Source: Sphyrna mokarran
Taxonomy: Eukaryota
Length of the DNA: 64,000 nucleotides
NCBI GenBank assembly: GCA_024679065.1
Contig: JAGIQG010000020.1
Location: 8,990,001 to 9,054,000 of the forward strand
Direction of reading: 5' to 3'
A program made the translations under genes and the position numbers. Below are positions 1 through 9,749 of this stretch, in pieces (position 1 is the first letter of the stretch; the number at the start of each line of letters is the position of its first letter). The notes beneath the pieces were generated by a model, which was not told the DNA's origin, ran no database searches, and saw only the letters and a list, made by a program, of their open reading frames with translations.

Positions 1-149
1 GCATTTACACTCACTCTGGATAAATGATTTGCCTCAAATAAATGCAGAAAATACTAGAAAAATTCATCAGGCCAGACAACATTTGTGGAGAGAGAAAGAG
101 TGGAAACATTTTTTCTGCTTCTCTTTCTACGGGCGCTGTCAGCATTTTC

Positions 150-420
150 ATAGAATCATACAGTGCAAAAGGATGCCATTCAGTGCACAGACCACAACCC
201 CACCCAATAGCTAGCCCCACAATTTAGCCTAGCTAGCCCCCCTGACACTAAGGGGCAATTTAACGTGGCCAGTCCATCTGAGCCGCACTTTGGAAGGAAA
301 CCGGAACACCCGACGGAAACCACGGGGAAAATGTGCAAACTCCACGCAGACAGTAACCCATCGAACCGGGGTCCCTGGAGCTTTGAGGCAGCAGTGCTAA
401 CGACTATGCCACAGTGCCGT
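150..420 (-). mobile_element. V-SINE (HE1-like)
   Basis: Reverse-complement tRNA head and V core. Confidence 0.8.
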
Positions 421-774
421 CTATTTTTATTTTAGATTTCCAGCATTTGCAGTATTTTGCTTGTGTTCAAATAACCTAACATTGCTATTCATTTTTAACC
501 TTGCTATTTCAGTCCTCCCAAACTTTCCCTTTTCTTATTCCTCCTCTTCTGTTACGGCGACTTAAAAGTCTACCCAATTACTACTTTCTGAAAAAGAAAC
601 CAAATTCGGCTCAGAACACTTTCTGTCTTCAGGAATCCTGCCAGAGGCTCTGAGTATGTCTAACAATTCATTTGCTTGGACAGAAGGATTGCTCCCATGC
701 TTTCCTCCCCAGCTTGTTCCTTCAGCGGTCCTTTCCAGGTAGGTGGTTTTCTCACTGAGGGCAGCAATGCCAAT

Positions 775-1700
775 TCGGAACTTCCGTAGCTTACCACATC
801 ATTGTAATTCCCTTCAGACTCCCCACGAATTGCCGAATGGTGCAAATTGCAAAATGGAAAGTTTCATTCCTTCGACCACGAAGCTGAGTGTGGTGCCCTG
901 GCCGGAAGAAAGTGGCATCACCGCACACCAGGTGCCTTGAAAGAAATAAAATTAGACCGCAGAAGAAATAATGTAATGGTTATTGTTCATGTCCGCGGAC
1001 CTCGACAGCGAATTCGTGTCTGTGGGGAGCTGGGGGAAAAAGAGGAATGCAGAGATTCCAATTCAGAAATGGTCACTGTTCCACAATTATCCTGAATGCA
1101 GATATATTCTATAGGCTCACTTCCTTGTACCAGCTACTGTGTCCCCCCTCCGCCCCCAACCACCCCCCAATTACCCCTTCATTACTGTCTGTGTGACTGG
1201 CAGGAACCGAGAGAAATAATGCATTGTCATTGAGTGGAATGTTCCAAACTGCCTCTCTGAGCTTACCTCCCACCAGAATCTATATTTATTCATCTACTCA
1301 CAAAGCGAAGGCTTTCGTAGTTTGAATTCGACGCAGAAATTAATGTTGATTTTACCGACAATTGTGGAAAAAAATTAACTTTCGTTAAACTGGATTTACT
1401 TTCATTCAACGTTTCTCTAGATGCGTTTGGACCAATTGGAACTTATCAATCATGCAACGATTAAACAGGGCTGAATGTGAAAGGGTGAAGGGGAGGAATC
1501 AAAGCCTCTTTGATGATGTTTCTGCACTGCAGCAGTTCGGTGCTGGATATCACAAGTTTCAACGTTGCTCCTTGCGGTGGGAGTCTGTTTATCTGACAAT
1601 ACACAGCACAGTATTGGGCTTCAAAACCCACACGTAACTAGTAAGCGGCGGCGGCGGGTTATCTGCAAACTCCCCACGTCCCACATCCGCACGCAGCAGT
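775..1700 (+). promoter_or_regulatory. Putative lymphoid-type promoter/enhancer of the Ig receptor gene
   Basis: RUNX-type sites ACCACA 793, TGTGGT 889, ACCGCA 920, TGCGGT 1573 and ETS-type CTTCCG 781, CCGGAAG 902, CACTTCCT 1118 in largely non-repetitive DNA upstream of the V exon. Confidence 0.35.
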
Positions 1701-1783
1701 GAGAAAGATGAACAGAAGCCAAGTGTCTCACCTTCTGCTAACTCTTACAAATCTTAATACTGGTGTTCTGTCGTCTCCTTAAC

Positions 1784-2198
1784 ATGAACGGCCTGACATT
1801 AATATGGATACACACGTCGAGTTTCTGGCCAGTCTGGATGCTGAGTGTCGCTGAAGGGATTTCCATTGACCAGAGGCCAGATGTTGTCGATGTGGCCGAA
1901 GGAGGTGCAGCAAATTTGACCTGTATGTATTCTGCTGCTGAAATTAAAGACTTTGAAATCAACTGGATGCACCAACCAAATGGAACTCATCAGTCCTATA
2001 TTTTTTACATGGGCAATTACAAGGTAAATCGACCAATTCAAGTGGTACATACAAATGGCCAAAATCAGAATGTATCCCAGATATTCATGACCCAACTTCA
2101 GGTGGGAGACGGCGGCGTATATTATTGTGAATTCAGAATTCTCAGTGCAGTGTCCAATGAAACAATAAAGGGGAGTGGGAGCAGATTGATATTTAAAG
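1784..2198 (+). CDS. Ig receptor exon: signal peptide + V-set domain
   Basis: Canonical Cys-Trp-Cys with Cys residues 68 codons apart, DxGxYYC, GxG motif, four N-glycosylation sequons (NLT, NGT, NVS, NET); phase-1 donor AAAG|GTAGGT at 2198/2199. Confidence 0.9.
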
Positions 2199-3992
2199 GT
2201 AGGTCCTGCTTTCTATATTTCAAAATGTATTTGTTTTTAATTCTTATTTTATGGAACATCGGATGCTACGGCAAGGCCAGTATTTGTTGCCAATTCCTAA
2301 TCGCCCTTGAACTAAGTGGATTGCTAGGCCATTGCAGAGGGCAGCAACATTGCTGTGAGTCTGGGGTGATCAGGTCAGCAAGGTAAATATTGTTCCCTAA
2401 AGGACATCAGTGAACCAAGTCTTGCTTTCATAGGAATCGATAATAGTTTCATGGTCACCATTACTGAGACTAGCTGATCAATCCATCACATCACTACATT
2501 CATGACCAAGTCCTTATTAGTGATGTGATGGTAACATACAAACCAGAAGCAGGAGTAAGCCATTTGGCCATTCGAGCCTATTCCGCCATTCATTTTGATC
2601 ATGGCTGGTCATTAAATTCCATGTCCTGATCCCATCATCCCTCCATATCCCTTGACCCTTTTACCTCCACTGGGCTGAGTTCCATGATCTGTGTCAGGAG
2701 CCAGTGATCAGGGGTGCAATTGGTGAAGCGCACTGTCTGGGGAGGGCGAATGGTCAGCAGTGGTGTTTCTGGTCAGGATCCAATCTCAGTGCCTCTTGCT
2801 GGAAAGTGGTGTGGTGTAAGGTATGACGCCAGTAGCGGGTTGGAGCAAGGATCAGGAAGGATTGCCAGTGCAAGAATTGAGAATGGGCGCTTGGTGTCTA
2901 TTGAACTTTCATCCAGCAACAAACAAGACGTGCAGGGGAAGAATGAGAGAAAGTGGGTATAAAATATGGAAATGCTCAACATGCAACTAGTCTCAGTGAA
3001 TACACATGGACAATCTGACTCCAATTGCACTTCAATAAAAGAATACTGCGGCTGCTGGAAGTCTGGATGTGTTCAAAATGCAATTGGTTTCAGTGAATAA
3101 ATGTAGATAATTTGCATCCAATTGTAGTTTAATGAAAGCAAGATACTGCGGAAATATGAGCACAAAGTGCTGAAAAAAATCATCAGGTCAGGCTGCATTT
3201 GTGGAGAGAGAAACAGGGTTGGACAGTTGTTTCAAATTCGTCTAACTCTTTTTCAGAGTCATATGAACTCTTCTATTCCTCCCTCCTCAGGTGCCCCCAG
3301 GCCTGTTGAGTTTCACCAGCATTTGCTGTTTTATTTACAATTTTACTTCACATTGATTCAGTCATTGGCAGAGATGTGGTTAGTGTGTCAGCAGCATTTC
3401 AGCCTAAACACATGTTATAATATTTATTACAGACCCGTCCATCATTTCCACATCAGGTTGTAAGTGGTTAGATAGTACCTTTCCAACAATTATTCTGTTA
3501 CTCGCAATTTCATTCCGAAATCAGGATTTGCACCACCTCCTCGGCCTGTGAGGGAATTGTGACTGTCAAAACAGCTGGAACTTCATCCTAAGTTTGGAGA
3601 GTAACGGTTTTGGCGACAAGTTGTCATCCACACTAATAGATGTGAGATTCTCATTGATATCGCCAGAAGAAGTTATGATCTCTAAACTAAGACTTAAAAT
3701 CTTAAGATGGAGAAGAATGTCGAATCCATCATGTGTAAATATGTGGTTGTAAACAGGCAGAACTATATTTAATCCATAATTTTGTTGATATTTTCAGAAC
3801 ACAATTTGGAATGTTAGGTTTTACTGGGGTCATTGTTGACCTTATGCTATTTATTTGATTGTTGTTCTATTTTCAGGGGAAACAAGTCTTATATAAGCAA
3901 TTAGTGTCACAAACCAATAAGAATTAACGTGTCCGTTAAATTATCTCACTAAAATCCTGCCCCGTAGTCTTCATTTCTACCTCCCCTCTCCC

Positions 3993-4028
<36 letters not shown>

Positions 4029-7000
4029 CCAAATGAAGACAAAATTCAAGCTGTCCAACTACGATATTTGGATGATCAACACTCAACTTGCTGCAAATTC
4101 GTCGGTCAGAATTTTTGGAAGAAGTGCTAAACTGAAATAGGATAAAGGAGCTGAGAGGGGAAATACAGGCTAACGCCTCAGCGGAACCTCAAAACCCCGG
4201 CGTCATACTCTGTGCTGGAACCATGTAATTAAATGATATATTGTAAAGGAACCCATTAAGAAATACACAGCCTGGGATTATCACACAGTGAGAGGAGCAA
4301 TGGCGATAATTTCACTTGTGCATGTTCTCAATTCAAATCTTTTAAATCGAAGGATATATTGCTTGGCAGAGTTTTTTTTACATCCAATTGTGTTAAATAT
4401 GTACAAATTTATTTTATAGGACACATTTCCCAAAAAACCAAACATTCGTCGTTTTATCTGTGGCTGTTTCTACCAGTAATTGTATGCGTTACTCTGCTTG
4501 TGGCTATTTTCCGCTGGAAAACGAAACGTGAGTATTATACGTTCATTGGCAACGTTAGGTGTGTGATATACAACTTTCATTATAAATATCAAATAATCTA
4601 ATCAATTAATGTTATGGCGTCGTTGTTCTTGGTCATAAAATAATACCGAATCACGGAGAGATGTAGCTGGAATGTATTGATGGAGACTAAAATTTATCGA
4701 GATTTATAGTTGCAGCGTAGCTTTTATAACATGCATCAGTGAAATTCCACAAATCCTAACTTAATTTTTAAAGCTCTGCTTTGAGCTAATTCATCGAAAA
4801 GAATTAGCCAATGGAGTATATCCAGGATTTAATTCGCAATCCATGGTCATATCTACTTAAGCAATAGTGACATTCTCTTGCTTACAAAAGCGCATCAGCT
4901 ATCGTGTATCACAGGATAATTATTAGCTATATCCGAATTACTATGTCTACCTGTAACTCTCATCTCTGTCCTCAGTAGATTTTTTTTTGTCCTTTTTAAC
5001 TTTTTTTTTCCTGAGAGTTTGTTCGGTTGCTCTGCGTTTTAAATAGTCCTTCGTGTCTTCTACTTCTCGGCTCGTTGTCGCTTACATTTCCAGTATACAT
5101 GTGTCTCGGCAGTTTAAAATCTAGACTTTGACCCAATTTCAATTCCTAAATGAAAATAAATAGAGCTGTCTAAAACTTTGCATCCTGAGACTGGATGTTT
5201 CAAAATGAAGATGGGGGCCCACGGTGTCACACTGTGGGCTCACAGTAATAGAGACCCATTGCTTGTTCACACGGTTTATCTGTATCCGCGTGTGTTTCTT
5301 CTGGGGGTTCCGGTTTCCCTCCCACAGTCCAGGGATATGCTGGTTAGGTGGATTGGCCACCCTAAATTGCCCCTCAGTGTCAGGGGGACTAGTTAGGTAA
5401 TGGGGATAGGGCGGGATTGTGGTCGGTGCAGGACTCAATGGGCCGAATGGCCTTCTTCTGCACTGTAGATATTTAAGTTAGAAATAGTTTTGGAGTCTAA
5501 CGGTATCTAGAGATATGAGAGGAATCAGAGCATTGAATTTGATGATCGGCCATGATCAAAATAAATGGCGGAGCAGGTCATTCGAAGGTCGAACGGCGTG
5601 CTCCTGCTTCTATTTTCTATGTTGAGCCAAGTTGTCTATCTGTCCAACCCGACACAGCAATAAGCTCATGGTTAGAATAGGTCGTTCAATTTGTCCCCTC
5701 ATTAACTGGAAAATATTTGCGCTCAAGCACTTTTCTATTTCAAGGATTGTAATCAAATGACCTTTTGTGGAACATTTAAACGTTTACCACGTTTCCAACT
5801 GTGTTATTTTAATACGCATGTTAAAATGGAGCCTGGTTACTCCTGGAAATCTAGTCTTATTTAGTGATAGTGGGTATATCCCGATGCTGCGCCGGCCTGG
5901 TTCCATGGTTTCACGGTCGTGGTAAAATTAGACTATCGTTTATTCTATTTTTGTTCCAATTTAGCTTACATTTATTTACACCAAATTCCAAATCATTGCT
6001 TTGGGCCATCTGTTCTAATGATTTACGACTGCAAGGATTCTCATTTCTTCTTATGCACAAGTTGTACATTAATATTGCAGCGTACAGCTGGACTGGATTA
6101 GGTTTTTCGGCGTTATATGTGATTCAAAGAACAACGCTGCTATTACTATCCTGTGTATGGTCGGCCCTGTTACCTGTAATATTATAGGTATTTTGTCTTA
6201 TCCTGATCCTGTAGATAAGCGTGTATGGCATACATGAGTTTGTGGACCAAACAGATATACATTGCCAGCATAATAGTCCAAATAACAGCATAAGGGCACA
6301 AATACATTCAATCGCTTTCTTATAAACGTTGAAAATATTGTCTCTTAACGCCTTGTAAATCTCATTGATCACTACTATAATTATCTTTCCATGAGTTAGT
6401 ATTTAACTGTTATGCACTCATTCCACTCGTTTACAATTGAGTAAAAATAACCTTAATTCAGGTCTCAGAGTAATGTTGCTCCATGTTTTGTGTCGTTTTT
6501 GGACAAAAATATTTGCGTTTCTAGTTTATAAAAAGATTCTGTTGAAATAACACTTTTCACTTGTTATTTCAAGTGAAACTGAGACACATTCTCAGTTTCA
6601 GAGCGATGCAATGCAACAAATTCTGTTTTTTTTTTCTCGCTGATTTTAATTAAGTTACAGTTTTGGCACAACAGGAATCTTTGGCATGTTGTCATTTTCC
6701 GTTGTTTTCTCATTCCAGGAAAGCAATTAGTTGAATACAACGCCCCGTCTGCCGATACCGCCCCAGAGGTACTGTACCTGTAAAAAGCAGTTGTATCATG
6801 TCCTACACCTGGGGCATTAGTCTGACGGGGAAGTAAAACGCATGGGAATGTTTATGTTAAGATTTAACCGTAAATCACAGATCTTTTGTTCCGTTGTTCG
6901 GTAGTTCACTTTCTCGTTTTGCTTTGAAATGCGACATTATTTAATGAAAGCTCGGATCAAATCCATAATTTTTGTGACTTGGGGTTTATCACCTGATGAG

Positions 7001-9413
7001 GATCGAAACAGAAGTTCCTAAGAACGAGCAAAATAAATTGCAAGATGAGCTAAAACAGTAAATAGAGGGAGACAACCCCCACAAGGAGGAAAGCAATAAT
7101 TTTCATTTATGCCTGAACTTCAGAATTCATGAGCGCTTCGTGGACAGTGCGTTGAAGATTGAAAATTGTGTCGGTATAATGTCATTCTAACTCAGATAGC
7201 CAATGTCCCCAGGAAATATCCGATTTTAAAAAGGGTGAAAATAGGAGGAGTTGAGTTCTGCACCGGGGATTTTATTTTCGCGGAAGTTGTAACGATTCCT
7301 CGGGCCCAAGTCCCTGATGTGACAAAGGACGTAAACAGGCGTTTAGGGAGGATTTCAACAGGTGGACTAGGAAGGGTGAAAGATGACCTTGTGGACGGGA
7401 TATAGGCACCTGAGACGATGCAAGTGGAGAATTTGACACTGTAATGTGGGTAAAACAGGAAGAGAAAATAAAATGAGAGAAAATGAGGGATAAGTCAGCA
7501 AATGGGATCCAAGAGGCTTTGGCCTCGTGGATCCAGAACTGGCTTGCCGGCAGAAGGCAGAGAGTGGTTGTGGATGGGTCTTGTTCTGCATGGAGGTCGG
7601 TAACCAGTGGAGTGCCCCAGGGATCTGTTCTGGGACCCCTGCTGTTTGTCATTTTCATAAATGACCTGGATGAGGAAGTGGAGGGATGGGTTAGTAAGTT
7701 CGCTGACGATACAAAGGTCGGTGATGTTGTGGATGGTCTGGAGGGATGCCAAAAGTTGCAGCGGGACATAGACAGGATGCAAGACTGGGCAGAGAAGTGG
7801 CAGATGGACTTCAACGCGGATAAATGTGTAGTGGTCCATTTTGGCAGGAATAATGGGATGAAGGAGTACAATACAAGGGGTAGGAGTCTTAGCTGTGTTG
7901 TAGAGCAGAAGGATCTCGGGGTCTGGGTCCATAGGACTCTTAAATCGCAGGCGGAGGAAGTGGTCAAGAAGGCGTATGGTGTACTGGCCTTCATTAATCG
8001 AGGAATAGAGTTTAGGAGTCAGGAGGTAATGATGCAGCCTTATAAGACTCTTGTCAGACCCCACTTGGAGTATTGTGCACAGTTCTGGTTGCCTCACTAT
8101 AGGAAGGATGTAGAGGCTATTGAAAGAGTGCAGAGGAGATTTACAAGGATGCTGCCTGGATTGGGAGGCAGGTCTTATGAAGATAGGTTGAGGGAGCTGG
8201 GACTCTTCTCACTGGAGAGACGTAGGTTGAGAGGCGACCTGATAGAGGTTTATAAAATGTTGAGAGGAATAGATAGGGTGGACTCTCAGAGACTATTTCC
8301 CCGAGCTGAAATGGTCACTACGAGAGGACACAGATTTAAGGTGCAGGGAAGCAAATACAAAGGAGATGTCAGGGGTAGGTTTTTCACTCAGAGGGTGGTG
8401 AGTGAATGGAACCGACTGCCGTCGGAGGTTGTTGAGGCAAACTCACTGGGGTCTTTTAAGAGACTTCTGGATGAGTATATGGAAAAGAATAGGATAGGGG
8501 GTTATAGATAGGTCTGTGGATTGGTAGATGTGATCGGCGCAACTCGTGGGCCGAAGGGCCTGTTTGTGCTGTATTGTTCTATGTTTCAAAACGGTAGAGC
8601 CTCGAGGCGTATACTTATCTCAATCGTTAATCATTTACTAAAGTTAACTTCACGCTATTTTAATTAGCACCTTTTTTTGTCATTCGATTTTGTAAAATAA
8701 TATTACCAACTTAACATTGTTTTATCTTTGGCGGTAGTACCAGACTGGTCGCCAGTAAATGTCTATCGCACTAATCGTTAGCGCCTTTATTGCTGATTCT
8801 TTCCAGGACACTTCAAGAGCGGATCGAACAATATATGCTGTCATTGCTTCTGCAAGAATGAAAGAAACCTCGCCCAGTTTAGAGATAGTTTATTCTGATC
8901 CGCTGGTGGAAAGAAACGCGCCCAATAGGTCAACAGCTAAGGTGCGTTGGTTTAAGCAATGAACATAGATTTTGAATTAAGTAGCGTATCCTGCCAGGTA
9001 TCTGGTTATCCGGCGCTTAATGGAGATAATAACTTCATGCAACAAGCAATTAAAATTAACGAAGCACTTATTTGGCGAGTTACACGCAAAGAATGTTTCA
9101 AAAGTCAATGAATACATGTGAACCTACTTACCGCTATTTTGTGGTCCATTTGAAGTCACGCCTACGAGGAATTTGTTCTGCCTCGTGCAGACTAAAGACG
9201 ATTTAAAAAGTAAATAAAAGCTTGCTAAATTCTCCATATATTAAATATATGGACCATTAATGCATTGTTCTACGTTTACAGGCGGACTGTTTAGCCGTGG
9301 ATATCTGCAAAGCAGATACTGAGACAGAAGGTGAACATGAGGAGCCAACAGTTTACTCCCGGCTGCATTTTCAGGAGAAGGAAGCTCCGTTTCTCAGCCC
9401 ATGCTTACAGTAA
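1784..9413 (+). CDS. Single Ig V-set type I transmembrane receptor with ITSM/ITIM-like tail (VJ-type domain; CD28/PD-1/NKp30/NITR-like architecture, orthology unresolved). Exons 1784-2198, 4420-4527, 6719-6768, 8807-8941, 9282-9413; 279 aa
   Basis: All introns are GT-AG with matching phases (1,1,0,0), giving an 840-nt open frame ending in TAA at 9411-9413. V domain has LTC (1922), INW, DGGVYYC (Cys 2126) and a J-like GSGSRLIF. TM is FYLWLFLPVIVCVTLLVAIF followed by RWKTKRK. Tail contains TIYAVI, IVYSDP and TVYSRL. The start codon is uncertain (see findings). Confidence 0.85.
3877..4287 (+). pseudogene. Probable decayed second Ig-domain exon (pseudoexon) of the Ig receptor
   Basis: Strong acceptor ttctattttcag|3877 and phase-1 donor A|GTGAGA at 4288. 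Fragments read ELTC...(15 aa)...SLHFY, NPGVILCAG and CKGTH*EIH. Contains stops, frameshifts and a poly-C expansion. Confidence 0.45.
3994..4027. repeat. Poly-C tract
   Basis: About 34 consecutive C. Confidence 0.9.
4420..4527 (+). CDS. Ig receptor exon: stalk + transmembrane helix
   Basis: ttttatag|GA acceptor, GHISQKTKHSSFYLWLFLPVIVCVTLLVAIFRWKTK, C|GTGAGT donor. Confidence 0.88.
5215..5470 (+). mobile_element. V-SINE (HE1-like)
   Basis: V core and GGCCGAATGGCCT tail. Confidence 0.75.
6719..6768 (+). CDS. Ig receptor small cytoplasmic exon (RKQLVEYNAPSADTAPE)
   Basis: ttttctcattccag acceptor, GAG|GTACTG donor; bridges phase 1 to phase 0 as the model requires. Confidence 0.75.
7490..8587 (+). 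mobile_element. 5'-truncated CR1 LINE (RT C-terminal half intact) in an intron of the Ig receptor
   Basis: ORF 7483-8511 with [28 protein letters not shown]; CR1 3' tail GGGCCGAAGGGCCTGT...TGTTCTATG. Confidence 0.93.
8807..8941 (+). CDS. Ig receptor cytoplasmic exon with ITSM TIYAVI and ITIM-like IVYSDP
   Basis: ttctttccag acceptor, AAG|GTGCGT donor, 45 open codons. Confidence 0.85.
9282..9413 (+). CDS. Ig receptor terminal coding exon with TVYSRL motif
   Basis: gtttacag acceptor; ADCLAVDICKADTETEGEHEEPTVYSRLHFQEKEAPFLSPCLQ*. Confidence 0.8.
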   Translation, partial: ADCLAVDICKADTETEGEHEEPTVYSRLHFQEKEAPFLSPCLQ

Positions 9414-9749
9414 GCTGCAACTTTACAGCCCTGACCGCAGGCGCTGAGAATGTAAAATTAAATCAGAAAATACAGAAGACACTCAGCAGGTCAGGCAGCA
9501 TCTGTAGGGGGAGAAAGAATGATACATTCTCACTTCATGTTAACTTGTACCGTCATTTAATCACTCCTGTCTTTCACCCTATCTCATTTCTTGACTTCCT
9601 ATCTCCGTTTTGCTCCACAATCTGCTGATTATCTCCAGAATCTTTCGCTTTTTTTTACTGGAGCTGCCACATCATTATTTAAGTGGAGATTACTTGTCAC
9701 GGTTCCCTTTCTGTCATTCCACGTACTATTCTGTAATATTTTTGTAATA

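Noticed and set aside
2199-2386. Hydrophobic read-through after the V exon in ORF 1763-2386 that looks like a TM
   Set aside because: It lies past a good phase-1 donor and runs into a repeat also seen near 39525 and 42240; a proper TM exon exists at 4420-4527
4284-4325. CACAGTG heptamer suggesting a V(D)J RSS
   Set aside because: No nonamer at 12 or 23 nt spacing; the V exon already includes its G strand
7272-8097. Long minus-strand ORFs (240 and 200 aa)
   Set aside because: Antisense shadows of the CR1 reverse transcriptase
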